Source: Octopus vulgaris (Eukaryota). From it: 64,000 bases of DNA. The position numbers and the translations under genes are program-made. The stretch covers positions 22,692,001 through 22,756,000 of the forward strand of contig OX597820.1 of assembly GCA_951406725.2 (NCBI GenBank), in the 5' to 3' direction. Below are positions 27,024 through 38,999 of this stretch, in pieces. Each line of letters starts with the position of its first letter. Position 1 is the stretch's first letter. The notes below the pieces were generated by a model. It saw only the letters and a list, made by a program, of their open reading frames with translations. It was not told the origin of the DNA and did no database searches.

Positions 27024-27511
27024 TGCTTTTCTAATGAATGTCTTCTATAAAATGAGGATGAAATAACTTATAGTAAAATGCCAAATGACAATACTGCCCA
27101 AGTTTATTCACAAACTGTTGCTACTGTGCCATCCATATAGATTATCTTTCAAATACCCTAAACTATTCTCTATTTTTGCAATTTTCAGATTAAGCCTTTT
27201 ACAATACAAGAAAAATAAGACCTGAGTATGTAAAAAAAAAATTGTACCATAGCCAAATAAATTTTTATTAGAAGAAATATATAATAACGGCCTGATGACT
27301 ACGAAGACAGTCATAATGATTATCAGAACTAAGTAAAAATGAATTATACCTCTAATATTATATGTCCTTTTCCATTTATAAAGTTAACTTTTATATAGGA
27401 GAGGAAGGTAAGAAATGTATAAGGAAATTGTGTGTGTATGTGTATACACAGAGGAGATAGGTAGGAGCAAATCACATGACAGAGAGGTGGGGGAGAAAAC
27501 AAAAATCTTAC

Positions 27512-27538
27512 TTTCTGAACTTTAATTAGCTGAAAAGA
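27512..27538 (-). CDS. PPFIA1: Candidate microexon SFQLIKVQK (27 nt) or LIKVQK (18 nt, 27512-27529)
   Basis: Pyrimidine tract with TGC motifs, two in-frame CAG acceptors 9 nt apart and donor AAA|gtaaga. Phase 0-0. Confidence 0.5.
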
Positions 27539-27894
27539 CTGCAGGGTTATAGAACATAGAGTGCAAAAGAAAAGAGCAAATGGAAATGCGGTTCTATGTT
27601 GCAATAATTAAGGGAAATGGATAAGCTAAATGGAAGAAAGAAATTATAGATACAATTAAAGGAAAGAGGAAAAAATATTTGGTTAAGTATTTGTTTTGTT
27701 TTTTTAATAGGAAAGAAACAAGTAGTAGCCTACATAGCAATATAAATAATTGATGTGTACAAATAAGGAAAAAGGATTTCTTACACAACACTAAAAATGA
27801 ACATTCTATAAGACAATTAAAAAGAAGGTAATATTCAGATTGTTTTTCATTTAATACAATCATTGAGAATGAATACAAAAAGCAATGACTACTA

Positions 27895-28263
27895 CCATTA
27901 TCATCATCATCATCAACAGTATAACTATTACATACTATATTAGTCAGCAGGAATGTTGTATTGAGGTTTGGTGACAAGTCTCCTCAAATGTCAAGTATCT
28001 TTCTTAGGGACTCCTGCAGGATACGAGATTGCATTTTTCTGCAAGATCACAATGTATGTCTCGACTGCAATGTCCTTCAATGCCTTAGGTAACAGTTTGG
28101 ATGTTGTGCCAAGTGCAACAATTACCACAGGAATATTTACCATCTTAGTCTTCCACAGTCTCTTCTTCTTTATGCCTAGATTCTGATATTTCTCAATTTC
28201 TTTGATATCCTCTGATATTGCAAAATCTACGACCTTACGCTGTTTCTTTAGTAATAACAACAC
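27895..28263 (-). mobile_element. Degenerate 3' fragment of an RLE-type non-LTR retrotransposon (R4/Dong-like)
   Basis: Translation VVDFAISEDIKEIEKYQNLG..RLW....IPVVIVALGT..K.L...L.......LQK resembles the restriction-like-endonuclease C-terminus. Followed by a (GAT)n tail. Confidence 0.65.
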
Positions 28264-28834
28264 AGGCCCAAATACACTCTTCCTATCTGGCGGGAAAGCT
28301 ATGGGTGATTAAATCAACAGCAGCACCGCATAAATAATACTCATTTTGTCAACTTCTTCACGATATGAAGTTCTCTGAAGTTCTTTAACTCTACACTGAT
28401 TCTGTTTGCCATCCATAATAATAATAATAATAATAATGGTTTTAAATCTTGCCACAAGGACAACAATTTTGGGGGGAGGGGATGAGTCAATTATATCGAC
28501 CCCAGTATTCAACTGGTACTTATGATGATGATGATGGACTCTCCTGTCAAAGATCACATATGAGTGTTCAGCTTCTGCTGATCGATCTGCACAAATGATT
28601 TGTTTATAATGAATCAAATGTTTGTGCCGCACATTAGCTCACTCGCTCCATCAAATTAACATTGTCTGAACAGGTGCATGGTGCACCATGCATCAGGTGT
28701 CAAAGTGACTGCAGAGCAATGTGAGATTAAGTGTTTTGCTCAAAAACACAATGCACCACCCGGTCTAGGAATTGAAACCACAATCTCACAATCGTGAGTG
28801 CATCACCCAAATCACCAGGCCATGCAGCCTCACT

Positions 28835-29225
28835 AATAATAATATTAATGATGATAATAATCCTTTCTACTATAAGCACAAAGCCTGAAATTTTGGGGCA
28901 GGGGTTAAGTTGACTACATCGACCCCAGTACTTAACTGGTAATTATTTCATTGACCCCCAAAAGAATGAAAGGCAAAGTCAATCTTGGTGGAATTTGAAC
29001 CCAGAATGTAAAGAACCAGAAGAAACACCATTTTGTCTGATACACTGACAATTCTGACAGTTTGTCACCTTAAATATTCTTCAAATTTTGGAACTTGGCC
29101 AACAAATATAGAGAAAGGGCTAATTCATTATATTGAACCCATTACCTGGCTTACTATATTTTATCAATCCCTAGAGGGATGAAAGGCAAAGCCGACCTTG
29201 TTAGGATTTGAACAATTACAATATA
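28835..29225 (-). mobile_element. SINE family B copies
   Basis: Same motifs, with (AAT)n flank. Confidence 0.8.
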
Positions 29226-30638
29226 TAATAGTGAGGTTACAGTTAGCTTTTGGTGATGAACAGTTAGTGCTAGAGGTGGCAAGGAAAGAGGAGAAGAGAA
29301 AGAAAATCCCATTAACCAAAATAGCAAAATATAATTTAGAAAAGATATTTAGAATGAACCATAGCACAATATTCATAGGCAATAAAAGTCTACATAAACC
29401 TGGGTATCTTTTCACAGAATCATACACACCCTGTATCTATACACACACACACACAGCAGTCATGCACTGTTTACTATACTCAGGTTGCATCTCAATGGTC
29501 AGTTGAGCAGATAGAAATAACAGCTAAATCTTGCTCAAAACAGACATGTCAGACAATTAGGTCTAAGGATTCCTTGCATATAGGAAAAAAATGAGAGAAA
29601 AAAAACAACAAAATAGATGGGTTGGTCACAGCTGGAATACTTTTGATCATAGATCTGCTTGGACCTATGGCTGAACAACACCAAATTTTTGACATGTGTC
29701 ATACATACAAATACACACAAAATTCATAATATAAAGCAAAAATGAGCAATTATGTTAGGCCCATTCTAAATTGTTAGTCGCTCAAAGAGAGAAAGTTTCC
29801 AGAGGCTGAAGCAGCAATTCATGTAAAAAGCTTAGTCATATACATACATACATACATACATACATTACATACATACATTACATTACATACACACTTATAT
29901 ACATACACATATATATATATTAGTAACGGGCAGGACTAAGACTTTTAGTTACAGTGAATGAAGCATGCAATATTTGTTCTGAGAAAAATAATAGAAGAAA
30001 AGAAAACCGCACAAAGGTGGGACAAAAAAATGAAACAGTAAGTTTACTTTTCAATTTTGAACCACATCTAAAAAAACATAAGTGACATCATGATAAAAAA
30101 AAAGAGGAAAACATATATACATAACGAAACAAAAAACAAAATGTTAGCATTGTCAACAATGACAAATTACATTAAATAAATATATACAAAGTCATCAGTC
30201 ATACGTATTACACAATTATGTATACATACAACCACATACACACACACATATATATTGTGTGTGTACGTGTACACATGAATGAGTAGATCAACAAAAGAAA
30301 GTGGCACCCAACACTTTTGGCAGCAGTTATATATATTTTTAATAGCAGTTTGACTCAGCTCTGTGTGACAAAGTTTCAAGGGTGTGTAGGACGTGTCCAT
30401 GACATGGGATATTAGAAAAAGATGACGAATATGATGAAATGAGATGCAATCTACATGCCCGTGAAACTTTAAGTCATATGGAGCTGAATCAAACTGTTAC
30501 TAAAATATATATATGTATATATGAACAATTTTTAAAGTATTACAGGATAGCTAGCTGCCTTCATATCAAATAACTCCCAAACTTGTCCGTAGATAATTTT
30601 TCCTTGACCGAAAAAAAAAAGAAAAGAAAATCACCCAC

Positions 30639-30653
30639 TTTACCAAAGTTTAC
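30639..30653 (-). CDS. PPFIA1: Candidate 15-nt microexon VNFGK
   Basis: Long AG-free pyrimidine-rich upstream tract ending in aacaacag; donor AAA|gtgggt. Phase 0-0. Confidence 0.35.
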
Positions 30654-31427
30654 CTGTTGTTTTCATGTTTCATGTGAAAAGCAAAAAGAGCCGACACCCA
30701 AAAGAAAAAAGGGAGAATGGAAAAATTGATTGAAGTAAAATAAGAAGCATTTATTTGTAAATGTGTTTTTTTTTTTTAAAAAATTAAAGATTTCTGGATA
30801 ATCCCTGCAAATTGTCACCTTCCATCTATTTGTTTCTTTGTAACCAACAGACATTAGAATAAAGGAAACAGCTTAGGGGAGAGAGAGAGAGAGAGAGAGA
30901 TAGGAAGAGAGATAGATAGAGAGAGAGAGCAAGAGAGAGGGTGGGGTAAGATAGTCAGGAACTAAGCATATTACCTAGAAGGTATAAACTTTGTTTGGTA
31001 CCTAATGAATGAAGAAGGTGGGAAACAATATAATCATTAATAACCTGTTTTTAACAGTGGAGCTCAAAGTAGATAGAGCTACGAATAATACTTTGTAAAT
31101 ATTGGGTAGAAACTCCCTTTGGATAGAAAAAGTTGAAGGTTGCCCATGGGACTTGAACCCACATCTTCTGTTAAACATGGAAGATATTCTACTATTGTAC
31201 TCAAGCAATCCTCCGAATTTCTCGATCCATTTTAGAAGAATTCTTCATTGTTTATGCCATAAGAATTTAGAAACATCAAGAGATGTAAAATAATTTGTTT
31301 TTAATGGTGGAGCTTGAAGTAGATAAGGCTATAAATAATAGCATATAAATATTAGGATTAAAAAAACCTTTAGATGGAAAAAAAATCAAAAGCTGATCAT
31401 CTCACTTAGTTTCTAAATACTTATGAC

Positions 31428-31467
<40 letters not shown>

Positions 31468-31970
31468 TGACTGTTGTTTGTGTGTGGAAAAAAAATGATG
31501 ATTAGTGTTGAATTAAAAAAACAAAACAAAAAAATACAGAAGATATTTTGATGGTGATGTAATTGCAAAAACAAAAATTAATTTCTCTTTAGAACTGTGT
31601 ACTAGAGTGCCACAGGAAACATAATGGTATGGCCTGCAGCTAGCTAGGTGGTATGTAGATACACTGAAGCAAGTAATAACAATGAGCTGAAAATCTTTGA
31701 TTAATGGCAGTATTAACGAATAAACCAAAAAGAAAGAGCGGGGAGGCCCCAAAACACAAAGAAACTCTTTGATCGAAGTTAGATAATCCATTATCATAAT
31801 CAATCACATTAAATCTAGATGGAATTTATATAATAAATCCTAGGTCTATCCCCTCACATGCATACATCATGTTTGCTTTGTAGTTTTAAACTGAAGGTGT
31901 GTGCATGAGAGAGAGAGAGAGAATAAAGGTTAATTTTTGGAGCTAAATTTGAAGAATGAGATAGTCCTAC

Positions 31971-32063
31971 ATGGCGACTGATGAGTGACAGGCCAAGAGG
32001 ATTAAGACGAAGAAGATTTCCTTTGTCGAAGCGAAACGTCTGACAAGCTTCATGAGCAGTAAA
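31971..32063 (-). CDS. PPFIA1: Candidate cassette exon FTAHEACQTFRFDKGNLLRLNPLGLSLISRH (93 nt; 69 nt from the internal CAG)
   Basis: Unique GC/CpG-richer island, open in phase 0-0, donor CAT|gtagga. The acceptor lacks a good pyrimidine tract. Confidence 0.3.
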
Positions 32064-34161
32064 CTATTTTGGTTTTTATTTGCAACCACCACTACGCATG
32101 GAAAAAAGGTTGCACAAAATATCACGAGATATTTTGAGAAAATAGAGAAAAGGGTGCTTAAAAGTAGAAAGTCACAAAATGTTGAGAGAAGTTTTGAAAA
32201 TTAAGATAAGAGAAAGCAAATGGGTTGCCAGTCATAAAAAACAGGCAATCAGGCAATTTTTCTAGCTTTTATCTCTTAAACTAAATTAATAAATGAAAGC
32301 CATTTTCAAGGAATGGTAGTGAATACAAATTAAGAAGTAGATGAGATTGGGTGTTAAATGTTATTGTTTTATCAAGTTTATGCTTCCATATTTTATTGAA
32401 GGCCTCTCACAGTTAAAAGCAGCTTTCTTCTAACATTGGTGCATATACACACATAAAGAGAAAATATTTAACTGTGATGAAATTAAATACATACATACAT
32501 GTGTGTATGTATATGTATATACAGGTGTATGTGTGCGTGTGTGTGTGTATGTGTATATATGCGTGGCTTAATGGTAAGGGACATTTGGCTTCCAATCATA
32601 AGGTTGAGAGTTCAATCCCTACCAGCATGTTGTGGTCCTTTTGCAAGAAACTTTAATTCACATTGATCCAGTCCACTCAGCCGGCAAAAATGAGTTGTAC
32701 CTGTATTTCAAAAGCCTTATCACATTCTGTGTTGCGCTGAATCTCCCTGAGAACTACATTGAGGGTATGCATGACTGTGGAGTGCTCAGCCACTTCCACG
32801 CTAATTTTACAAGCAAGCTATTTCGTTGATCAGATCTACCAGAACACTCTTTGTCATAACCAGTATAGTATGTGTATATGTATATATATTTTTTTTCTAT
32901 GGCTGGATGCCTTTCCTGTTGCCAACGCTCACCAGTTTCCAAGAAAGGTAATGTTTCCTCATGCCACGACGTATTTTTGCAGAATACTGGAAATGAACAA
33001 CACTGCATGTATAACAGTGACACTCACTTACCATGCAATGTCAAGACAAAGAGATAGGTGTGTGTGTGGAGGTGTATTTCAATTAACATCTGTACATACA
33101 ATATCTATTCTGTTTGGTTCAGATTATTACTCGATCTCTATTCTGGAGGTAATACTAGTTACAGATTTCAATGTTTCTTTTTGAGTAGAGAGTTAGTTTT
33201 ACAACTTTTTAACTTAAAACTAAATGGAATTTAAAACCTGATGTCAAAAAACACTTATATAGCTTGAGTATAAGACACTGTGTTAATTCACTCCACTTTC
33301 GTGTTTATAACACAAAGGGTAGCAGCTATTTCATACTTTCAACCACGACAGCATAACAAAGAAAATCTTATATAAAGCTGTCAACACTTATTGTAGCTCA
33401 AAGCACAATTACAAAACAGAGTGGACAAAAATGAAAAATAAATATCGAAAAATCTTGTCAATGGTGTCTCTCCAGATGGTATCAGAGAAATTACTGATAA
33501 GAACAATAACAATAGAAACTAATTAGATTAAATTAAGAAAATTAAGAAGAAAAAAATCAGTTAGATAGATATTTGGTTAGAAGGGAAATAAAGAAATTCG
33601 GATGGAATGGTACATATCAAAAAGGAAATTAAAACATAATTTTGAAAAAATTACAATATTAATTGGTGAAAAACTGGAAATGTCAGGTATGAACTATTGC
33701 ATGGCGTGAAAAAAACAAAACAAGTAAAAGCAATAAGAAGAATGATATTAACAATGATAATCATAATAAACATAATATCCTGTTGATCAGAAGTTAGTTG
33801 TACTGATTATTAGAAACCAAGTGAATGTTATAGTAATAATAATTCGAAGAAAGGAGAAAAGTTTGGGATAATGAAAATCTATGTCATGATAATGCTGTGT
33901 TCCTATTGATTTATCTGAAAAGGTAACAGTAATTATTGAAATTAAAAGACTGCAGCAATTTTGGTGGTGGTGGTCTTTTTAATTTATTTTTGATAAATAT
34001 TAAATGCAATACCACTAAAAGAAAAAAAAAAAAGAAAGGAAAAATAATTGATTATTAATTTGTAGTTTATATAACATCAGTGAACGATATCTTTCAAAAT
34101 AAGTAAAATCATTTCAAAATTTATTTATAGGCCTAAGCACCTAGGCAGGTAGGTACGTAAG

Positions 34162-34165
<4 letters not shown>

Positions 34166-34207
<42 letters not shown>
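34166..34207. repeat. (TG)n microsatellite
   Basis: Read directly from the sequence. Confidence 0.95.
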
Positions 34208-34208
<1 letters not shown>

Positions 34209-34529
34209 ATTCCTCTTCTCAATAATTCAGGTGTGTGAAGTGAAGTTCAAGCAACGGGTAGTATCTGTTTAACAAGGGAATTAAAACAAAATTTAAACAT
34301 CACTTTGTGTGTATGTGTAGTTGATTAAATTAGTCCCAAATCCTGGCACATAACTGTACATCTTTATTGAAGCCCCTGGGAGGAAGAATGACAAACACAG
34401 CCCCAGCAAGATTTTGCGGATGCAAAAGAGACAAAGCAACATAATGATTTCTAACATAGGAGAGCACCAAGCCCTTATTTTAATATAATTGATCCAACCC
34501 TTCTCCCCACAAACTTTATTGGTATTTGT

Positions 34530-34810
34530 TGCCAGTGCTGCCGGACTGGCTCCTGTGCAGGTGACACATACAAAGCACCATTTGAGCGTGACCGTTACCA
34601 GTACTGCCTGACTAGCCCTCATGCCAGTGGCACGTAAAAGCACCCACTACACTCTCGGAGTGGTTGGCGTTAGGAAGGGCATCCAGCTGTAGAAACTCTG
34701 CCAGATCAGATTGGATTCTGGTGGGGCCATCTGGCTTGCCAGTCCTCAGTCAAACCATCCAACCCATGCCAGCATGGAAAGCGGATGTTAAACGATGATG
34801 ATGATGATGA
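34530..34810 (+). mobile_element. Repeat family D
   Basis: Same motifs and (GAT)n tail. Confidence 0.75.
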
Positions 34811-35459
34811 ATTCATGAATCCAAAAGGCTGCTAAGCAAAAGCAATAACAGCGTGATATAAACTCAGAACATAAAGAAAGGCAGCTAAATAGCACATAAT
34901 ATTTTTTTTTACTATTGATCTACCAATTCTGCAAAGCCAACACTGTTTTAAATATTCTACCAGTACTTGATTGGTATGAAGGCACATGGGTTAGTGGTTT
35001 AGGGTATTTAGCTCACAATCATAAGGGTGTGTGTTCGATACCGGGCAGCACATCGTGTCTTTCAGCAAGATACTTTATTTCATATTACTCCAATCCACTC
35101 AACTGGGAAAAATGAGTAGTAACTGCATTTCAAAGGGCCAATGTTACAATGTCACAGTGTGTATCACACTGAATCTCCCTGAGAGCTATGTTAAATTTAT
35201 GTGTGTCTGTGGAGTACTCAGCCACTTGCACATTAATTTCGAGAGCTGGCTGTTCTGTTGATTGGATCGACACTTGTCATAACCAATGGAGTGCCAGTAC
35301 TTGATTGGTACTTTATTAAGGCCAGAGGGACAACAGACAAAGTTAATCTCTGTAGTATTTGAACTCAGAATATAAAAAAAACTGGAACAAATAATGCAAG
35401 GGCTGGAAGAAATGCAGTTAAGCGTTTTGTGCAATGTGGTAAGCATTCTGGCACCTCAC

Positions 35460-35700
35460 TGCCTTAAAAATAATTGTTTCAATTTTGGCACAATGCCAGC
35501 AATTTTAGGGGGAATAGGAGAGTCAATTACATCAACCCAGTACATGACTGGTATTCAGTTTTATCAACAGTGAAATGGTGAAATGCTAACTCCAGAAGAA
35601 TTTGAACTCAGAACGTATTGATTAGAGGAAATTTCACTAAGCATACTGTCTGATGCTCTTATGACTATGCCAGGTTGCCACCTTAATAATAATTAATAAT
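35460..35700 (-). mobile_element. SINE family B, degenerate
   Basis: Same motifs. Confidence 0.7.
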
Positions 35701-35900
35701 AAGAGCCTTTGAAGGTGAGTAAAGTTAAAATAATAATTAAAGACAATGAAAAGAAAGACGGAAATAAAAACAAAGGAACTGTCACCTTTAACATAGTTAA
35801 ACATCAAACTGTGTAACAGTGAACACAATGGAATTGTAACTACTAACTAGATTATCAGAGAAAGAGTTAAAAATAAAAGTCTTATTGTATTGATCAATAC

Positions 35901-35957
35901 ACATGCTGCAGGTGCTATCAAGTGATTGAGTGACTGACTGCTGGCCTGCATATGCAG
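35901..35957 (-). CDS. PPFIA1: Candidate 57-nt cassette exon LHMQASSQSLNHLIAPAAC
   Basis: Strong acceptor tttctctcttatgctttctgcag, weak donor TGT|gtattg. Phase 0-0 and open. Confidence 0.3.
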
Positions 35958-36126
35958 CTGCAGAAAGCATAAGAGAGAAATTCTGTCTCTTGATGTTAGT
36001 GACTTCTTTTAAAACAAGATTCCATGTTCTCACATTAAATGAATGCTATTTTTTTTTGTTGTATTTCTAGTTTTTATCATTTATTTAAATTTTTTTCATG
36101 TTTATATAGGTTTAATTTTTTATGTT

Positions 36127-36161
<35 letters not shown>

Positions 36162-36377
36162 ATATATATATATATATTTACATATATGTGTGCATGTATA
36201 ACTGTATGTATGTATGCATTTATTTGTGGGTGTAATATTTTGCTCACAAACATAAAAATTCCAAGATTTCTTTTTTCCTTCTTTTTAATTTAATCACACA
36301 CTGCCAGAATCAAAGAGCGATCTAATTAGTTAAGCAGGTTGCAGGGATTTTAATTTTCTTTTAAAAAGCCAAACTAC

Positions 36378-36383
36378 CCAGAA
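36378..36383 (-). CDS. PPFIA1: Candidate 6-nt microexon (Phe-Trp)
   Basis: Minus strand reads ctgtaac (branch-like), pyrimidine tract, aatgctgtag|TTCTGG|gtagtt. Phase 0-0. Confidence 0.25.
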
Positions 36384-37397
36384 CTACAGCATTATAGGGA
36401 GAAGCGTGAACAAGAGAAGAAAGGAAGTTACAGAGGAGAATTATTTCTGAAATGCTCAAGTTAACAGTTAGAGGGGATGAGCATTATTTTCCCAAAGAAT
36501 TATCTTTACTCTCACTGAGAAACACATATTCCCTAAGCCAGCAGAGTTTAATTAGGATTAATCCAACAAGTTCATTTCATTTGGTTGGTTCCGTCTTAAT
36601 ATTTTTTCCCTAGCAATTTTCACCTTCTACCAAAACATGCACACATACACACACTGAATCTATTTATATTTACTCATAATTAAGTGGAAATAATCACACT
36701 CAAGTGAAGGGGTAAGATACTTCATGTATTGACTACCAGCGTTTCCTAGCTGGGAATTTACTGAAAACGGTGATGAATAGGTTAATTATAAATCAACCAA
36801 TCGTGGTTGTTGCCAGCCTTGCCTGGCACAGGTGCCGGTGGCACGTAAAAAGCACCCATTACACTCATGGAGTGGTTGGTGTTAGGAAGGGCATCCAGCT
36901 GTAGAAACACTGTCACATCAGATTGGAGTCTGGTGCAGCCTCCTGGCTTCCCAGACCCCGGTCGAACCGTCCAACCCATGCTAGCATGGAAAGTGGATGT
37001 TAAGCGATGATGATGATGAGGTTGTGTGGTTAAAAAATTCACTTTGAAAATATGAGGTTTTGGGTTCAATCTTACTTTACAGCACCTTTGAGAAGTGTTT
37101 TCCATGATGGCCTTTGGAAGATGGAATTTATAAGGAGCTTTGCCAGCAAGACCAATCTTGTTCTTCTGTGGAAGTAGATGTGCTCCATTGCCAGGTACCA
37201 AAGGGGTACTTATCCCTTTGATACCATTAGGGAGGGCCACTCAACAATTCAGTTGTGAGCATTCAGGTTAGGTGCTCAGTCTGAAAATGACTTTCTCCTA
37301 CCAATCATGGGTGCTTCAACTCCTCCTTTTGCTTTGATTAAACGATAAAAAATTAAAGAAATTCCATGACACTATTACTAATTATTTACATAGGTGC

Positions 37398-37738
37398 AAA
37401 CATGGCTGTGTGGTTAAGAAGACCTATTGCATGACACCATGGGCAAGGATCTTTTATTATAGCTTAAGGCTGACCAATGCCTTGTGAGTGAATTTGGTAA
37501 ATGGAAACTTTGTGGAAGCCCATTGCATGTATATAGATGCATGTGTGGTGCTTGTTCCCTCACTGCTTGACAACTGGTGTTGGTTTGCTTATGTCCCTGC
37601 AACTAGGTTTAGCAAAAGAGTCTGATGAAATAAGTACCAGAGTTAAAATAAGTATTGGGGATCAATTTGTTTGGCTAAACCCTTAAAAGCAGGGCCCCAG
37701 CATGGCTACAATTTAATGAGTAAAACAAGTAAAAGATA
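37398..37738 (+). mobile_element. SINE family A, older copy with internal deletion
   Basis: catggctgtgtggttaagaag head and aaacaagtaaaaga tail. Confidence 0.75.
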
Positions 37739-37937
37739 ATCTGTAGCGGGAGAGAAACTGTACAACAAATTCTAAAGAAACAACATCAACAATTTATGAA
37801 GACACCTGTTTGTTGGATTCCTGTTATAACTAGTGTTCTGAGCAGTCCCAATTTATTTCTACTTAATAATCTTAGCATTTTTTTTAAGTGACAAAAAAAA
37901 AAAAAATTCTTTACAACATTCTGACAGATGGTTTACG

Positions 37938-37972
<35 letters not shown>

Positions 37973-38755
37973 TAATAATAATAATAATAATAATAAAATA
38001 GAGAAAGAAATTAAGTCAGTCCAGAATTAAAATTTTATGTGAGTAAGGAATTTAAATTTAGATTTAGAAAATAGAAAATATATTTCTACTAAGAACTCAG
38101 ACACCACAGAAACTATAACAAAAATAATCTATGTCAAAATATTTATGTGTAAGGAAATACACCTGCTGCCTAAATGAGACAAGTGGCCCAATTATTATGT
38201 CTATATCTATTCATGTCTACGTATCTATATCTATCTCTCACTTTGTCCATCTGACTGTGTGTGTGTTGTATAAGACATTTGGATGTACAAATAAAGAAAA
38301 AATATACTTGGTGCCTGTTGAATATACGTGTGCAAAATGTGCACCAATGATCTGTTACAAAAAAAATTGCTTTGGAGACTGCAATCCTAGATACACTTTG
38401 CCTTTGAAAAAAAAAAAAAGGATGGTTTTATAACTAGAATACTTTGGATGAAAGTTCTGCTCAATCAGGGCTGATCTGGTGCTAAACAAAAAAATAATAA
38501 TAATAATAATAAAATATGCATGATATATTAATATAAATGTACTTCATTTTCAAAATCCGAAACTCAGGTAGGTGTCTATACTCTCATTGGCAGATCTTGT
38601 GGACATTCGGAACATATTTTAAACATTGACACACACACACTCTCTCCTTACATAATTTTAGATAGTTTTCTGACAGAAAAATTTCGTCTTCTCACATATA
38701 CACACACACAAAAGCCTCACTGATACTTATATTCCATGTTAATTTTACTATAAAT

Positions 38756-38999
38756 CAATGGTTTACAACCATATTTTGTCTAAGGGCCCCTTTAATTTCT
38801 ATTTTATTCTACTGGACCCCGATAGCCATTCAATGTTTAAAAGAATCCTATTTTTCTATAACTAAATATTATTGGGAATCGTTATAAAAAAACAAACAGA
38901 TTTCTTAAAATATTTTGTATATTGTAGAAATATTGCCACTTGAATTGCACATAAACTTTAACAACAAAATCTTATATGGACCCTGGTTAAGGACCACAG
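38756..38999. mobile_element. hAT MITE, same family as 5096-5365, reverse orientation
   Basis: Degenerate TIRs, near-TSD ctataaat/ttataaat and internal homology. Confidence 0.65.

Noticed and set aside
30048-30067. 20-nt segment with good splice signals
   Set aside because: It frameshifts in phase 0 and has a stop in phase 1, so it is at most a poison or pseudo-exon.
31603-31686. Open phase-0 frame after ttttcag (LIVITCFS...)
   Set aside because: Only weak donors are available and the hydrophobic composition looks intronic.
36782-37240. 152-aa minus-strand ORF
   Set aside because: It spans a family D repeat and a SINE fragment, and shows no protein-family signal.
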